NCBI RefSeq assembly: GCF_009834535.1
Contig: NC_045698.1
Span: forward strand, 24,428,001 to 24,492,000
Reading direction: 5' to 3'
DNA from: Camelus ferus
Taxonomy: Eukaryota
Length of the DNA: 64,000 nucleotides
Numbering within the stretch: the first letter of the stretch is position 1; each line of letters starts with the position of its first letter. The notes under the pieces were generated by a model. The model searched no databases and was not told the DNA's origin. It worked only from the letters and a program-made list of their open reading frames with translations. The position numbers were made by a program, and so were the translations under genes. This document shows positions 62,252 to 64,000 of the stretch, one piece after another.

Positions 62252-62727
62252 TATTTTTTCCCTAGCTTTATCAAGATATAATTGACATATAACATTGTAT
62301 GAGTTCAAAGTGTGGGATGTGATGGGTTGATTAACTTGTATATTACCAAATGATAACTGCCATTGCATTAGCTAACACCTCATCATGTCATATAATTACC
62401 ATTTCTTTTTTTTCTTTTTGGTGATACCATTTAAGATCTATTCACTTACCAATTCTCAGGTATATGACACAGTATTGGTAACCATAATCATAATGCTGTG
62501 CATTAGATCCCAAGAGCTGAATCATCTTCTAACTGGAAGTTTGTACTTTTTGACCAACATCCTTGCAATTTCTCTATCCCTGAGACCCTGGTAACTACCA
62601 TTCTACTTTTCATTTCTACTAAGTCCAGCATTTGTAGATTTCACAGGTAAGTGATTTCATACAGCACCTGTCTTTCTCGTTCTGATTTATTTAATTTAGC
62701 ATAATGCCTTCAAAATCTACCCATATT
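62252..62727 (-). mobile_element. L1MA9-like 3' end
   Basis: gctttatcaagatataattgacatataacattg...catttaagatcta...atgctgtgcattagatccc...cttctaactggaagtttgtact. Confidence 0.85.
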
Positions 62728-64000
62728 AGACTCCCATTACTTTAATTTAACCCAAGCATGTCTTATTTTTTAAAATAAATCTAAGAAAAGCTTAGCAGAG
62801 GTTAAAAGAATAAGATCTATGCAGAAAGTTTAAAAGGATCCCAGAGAAGAGGAAAACCATGGGACAACAGGCTTGCTTGCACCATGTACTGTTCATGCAG
62901 CACTTAAATATTGCTTAGCCAAAGGTAGGACTTCAGGAGCATTGGGCATACAGCATAGAAATGGGTGGCCACAAACAACAGAGTCCTCTTAAGCCAAAAG
63001 GATGTTTAGATGAGACCACAAAGGGAAGAGAAAAGCCTATTAAGTCTTCCACCCAGCAGACAGCGTAATGCAGTAGCCATTATTTCCAGTTATGTAAATA
63101 ATACTTACTGAAACTTATCAACTCCATCATGTCCGTAGAGTATGGTAAAGTGCACACCTGAATTTTTTTTCTGTTTACCAATTTTCTATCAAATGTTTAG
63201 TTGTTTGCCAATCTGAAGATGATCTGTGGCTCATTAGGTGACCCCCAGTACATTTTTAAAGACCTACTTTGTGCTTTCAGGATAGTTAGAGAAAAATAGG
63301 AAAAGAGAATTTCCTTCTTTACAAAAGGGTTATTGTTTAAATTTTTTCTATATTCCTTACCTGTCACATCAGATGTAAAGATACACTTTTCTTTGTGCTG
63401 ATGAGAGGTACAGCTTTAGGACACAGCGCAATAAATACATAATTAGGTCATTGAGAAAATCCAGTTCAAAAAAGTGTCTCCTATGATTTCTTTCCATTTG
63501 TCTAAATAGATTTTTAAATTTTTAATGGCTAGAACAACTTCTTAACAATTGCAGGTCAAGAATTTGGTCAGCAAAGATGTCCCTGTGGGGACAATGCACA
63601 AAACCTCATTGCCAGGATTGGGTGTTTATGTCAACTCAAAACATTTGGGCTTATCAAATAAGAATGAGAAGAAATGGAGTCAAATTGGCTATATGCTACC
63701 TTTGTGACGGGTGAGACAGGTATCAGGTGTCTGTCTTCTGAACATTCTCTTGAAACGAAGACCCCCTGAAACTGAGTTCCTCCGCTGAGTTTATGATTAA
63801 CTTCTCTATCTAAAACTCTGTTCCCTTTCTTGTCCCGCTTCTGTTCTCCTCAGGATTGAGGAGTATGAAAGAAAAGGGGAGATCAAAGCCAAGCAGGGCC
63901 AGTGGGGCCCTCCTGGGTACAAAAGTCCCTCTGTGTCCCCTGTTTCTTGTTTGTGGAAAAAGGCTTTAGTCTCCATGGCTTTCCCTGAGTCCCAAAGAGC

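Noticed and set aside
63575-63720. Possible plus-strand exon (ttgcag| ... CAG|GTATCA)
   Set aside because: Weak pyrimidine tract and donor; no recognisable peptide in the frames I translated
1-64000. CRISPR arrays, operons, rRNA or other prokaryote-type systems
   Set aside because: The window is mammalian intronic/intergenic DNA; no regularly spaced repeat-spacer array or gene-dense block exists

Overview
Mammalian genomic DNA, very probably camelid (alpaca/llama/camel): two Vic-1-type tRNA-derived SINEs and camelid-like young L1 3' tails are present. I recognise no host protein-coding exon. The only ORF-track peptides matching known proteins are decayed L1 ORF2 (7190-7420) and Tigger1 transposase (55162-56568). 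The window is mostly interspersed repeats (L1, L2, MIR, MaLR/ERV LTRs, hAT and Tigger DNA transposons, microsatellites). The main non-repeat landmark is a CpG island at about 15.7-16.8 kb. It looks like the multi-promoter 5' end of a minus-strand gene (TATA box, several strong donors, a textbook internal exon just upstream), with a possible overlapping plus-strand transcript. A second promoter-like region lies at 31.3-32.1 kb with candidate plus-strand exons. I could not name the gene. I found no convincing novel biological system; the findings are testable hypotheses on transcript architecture and retrotransposition footprints. Repeat family names come from recalled consensus sequences and need RepeatMasker/Dfam confirmation. 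Boundaries of old repeats are approximate.
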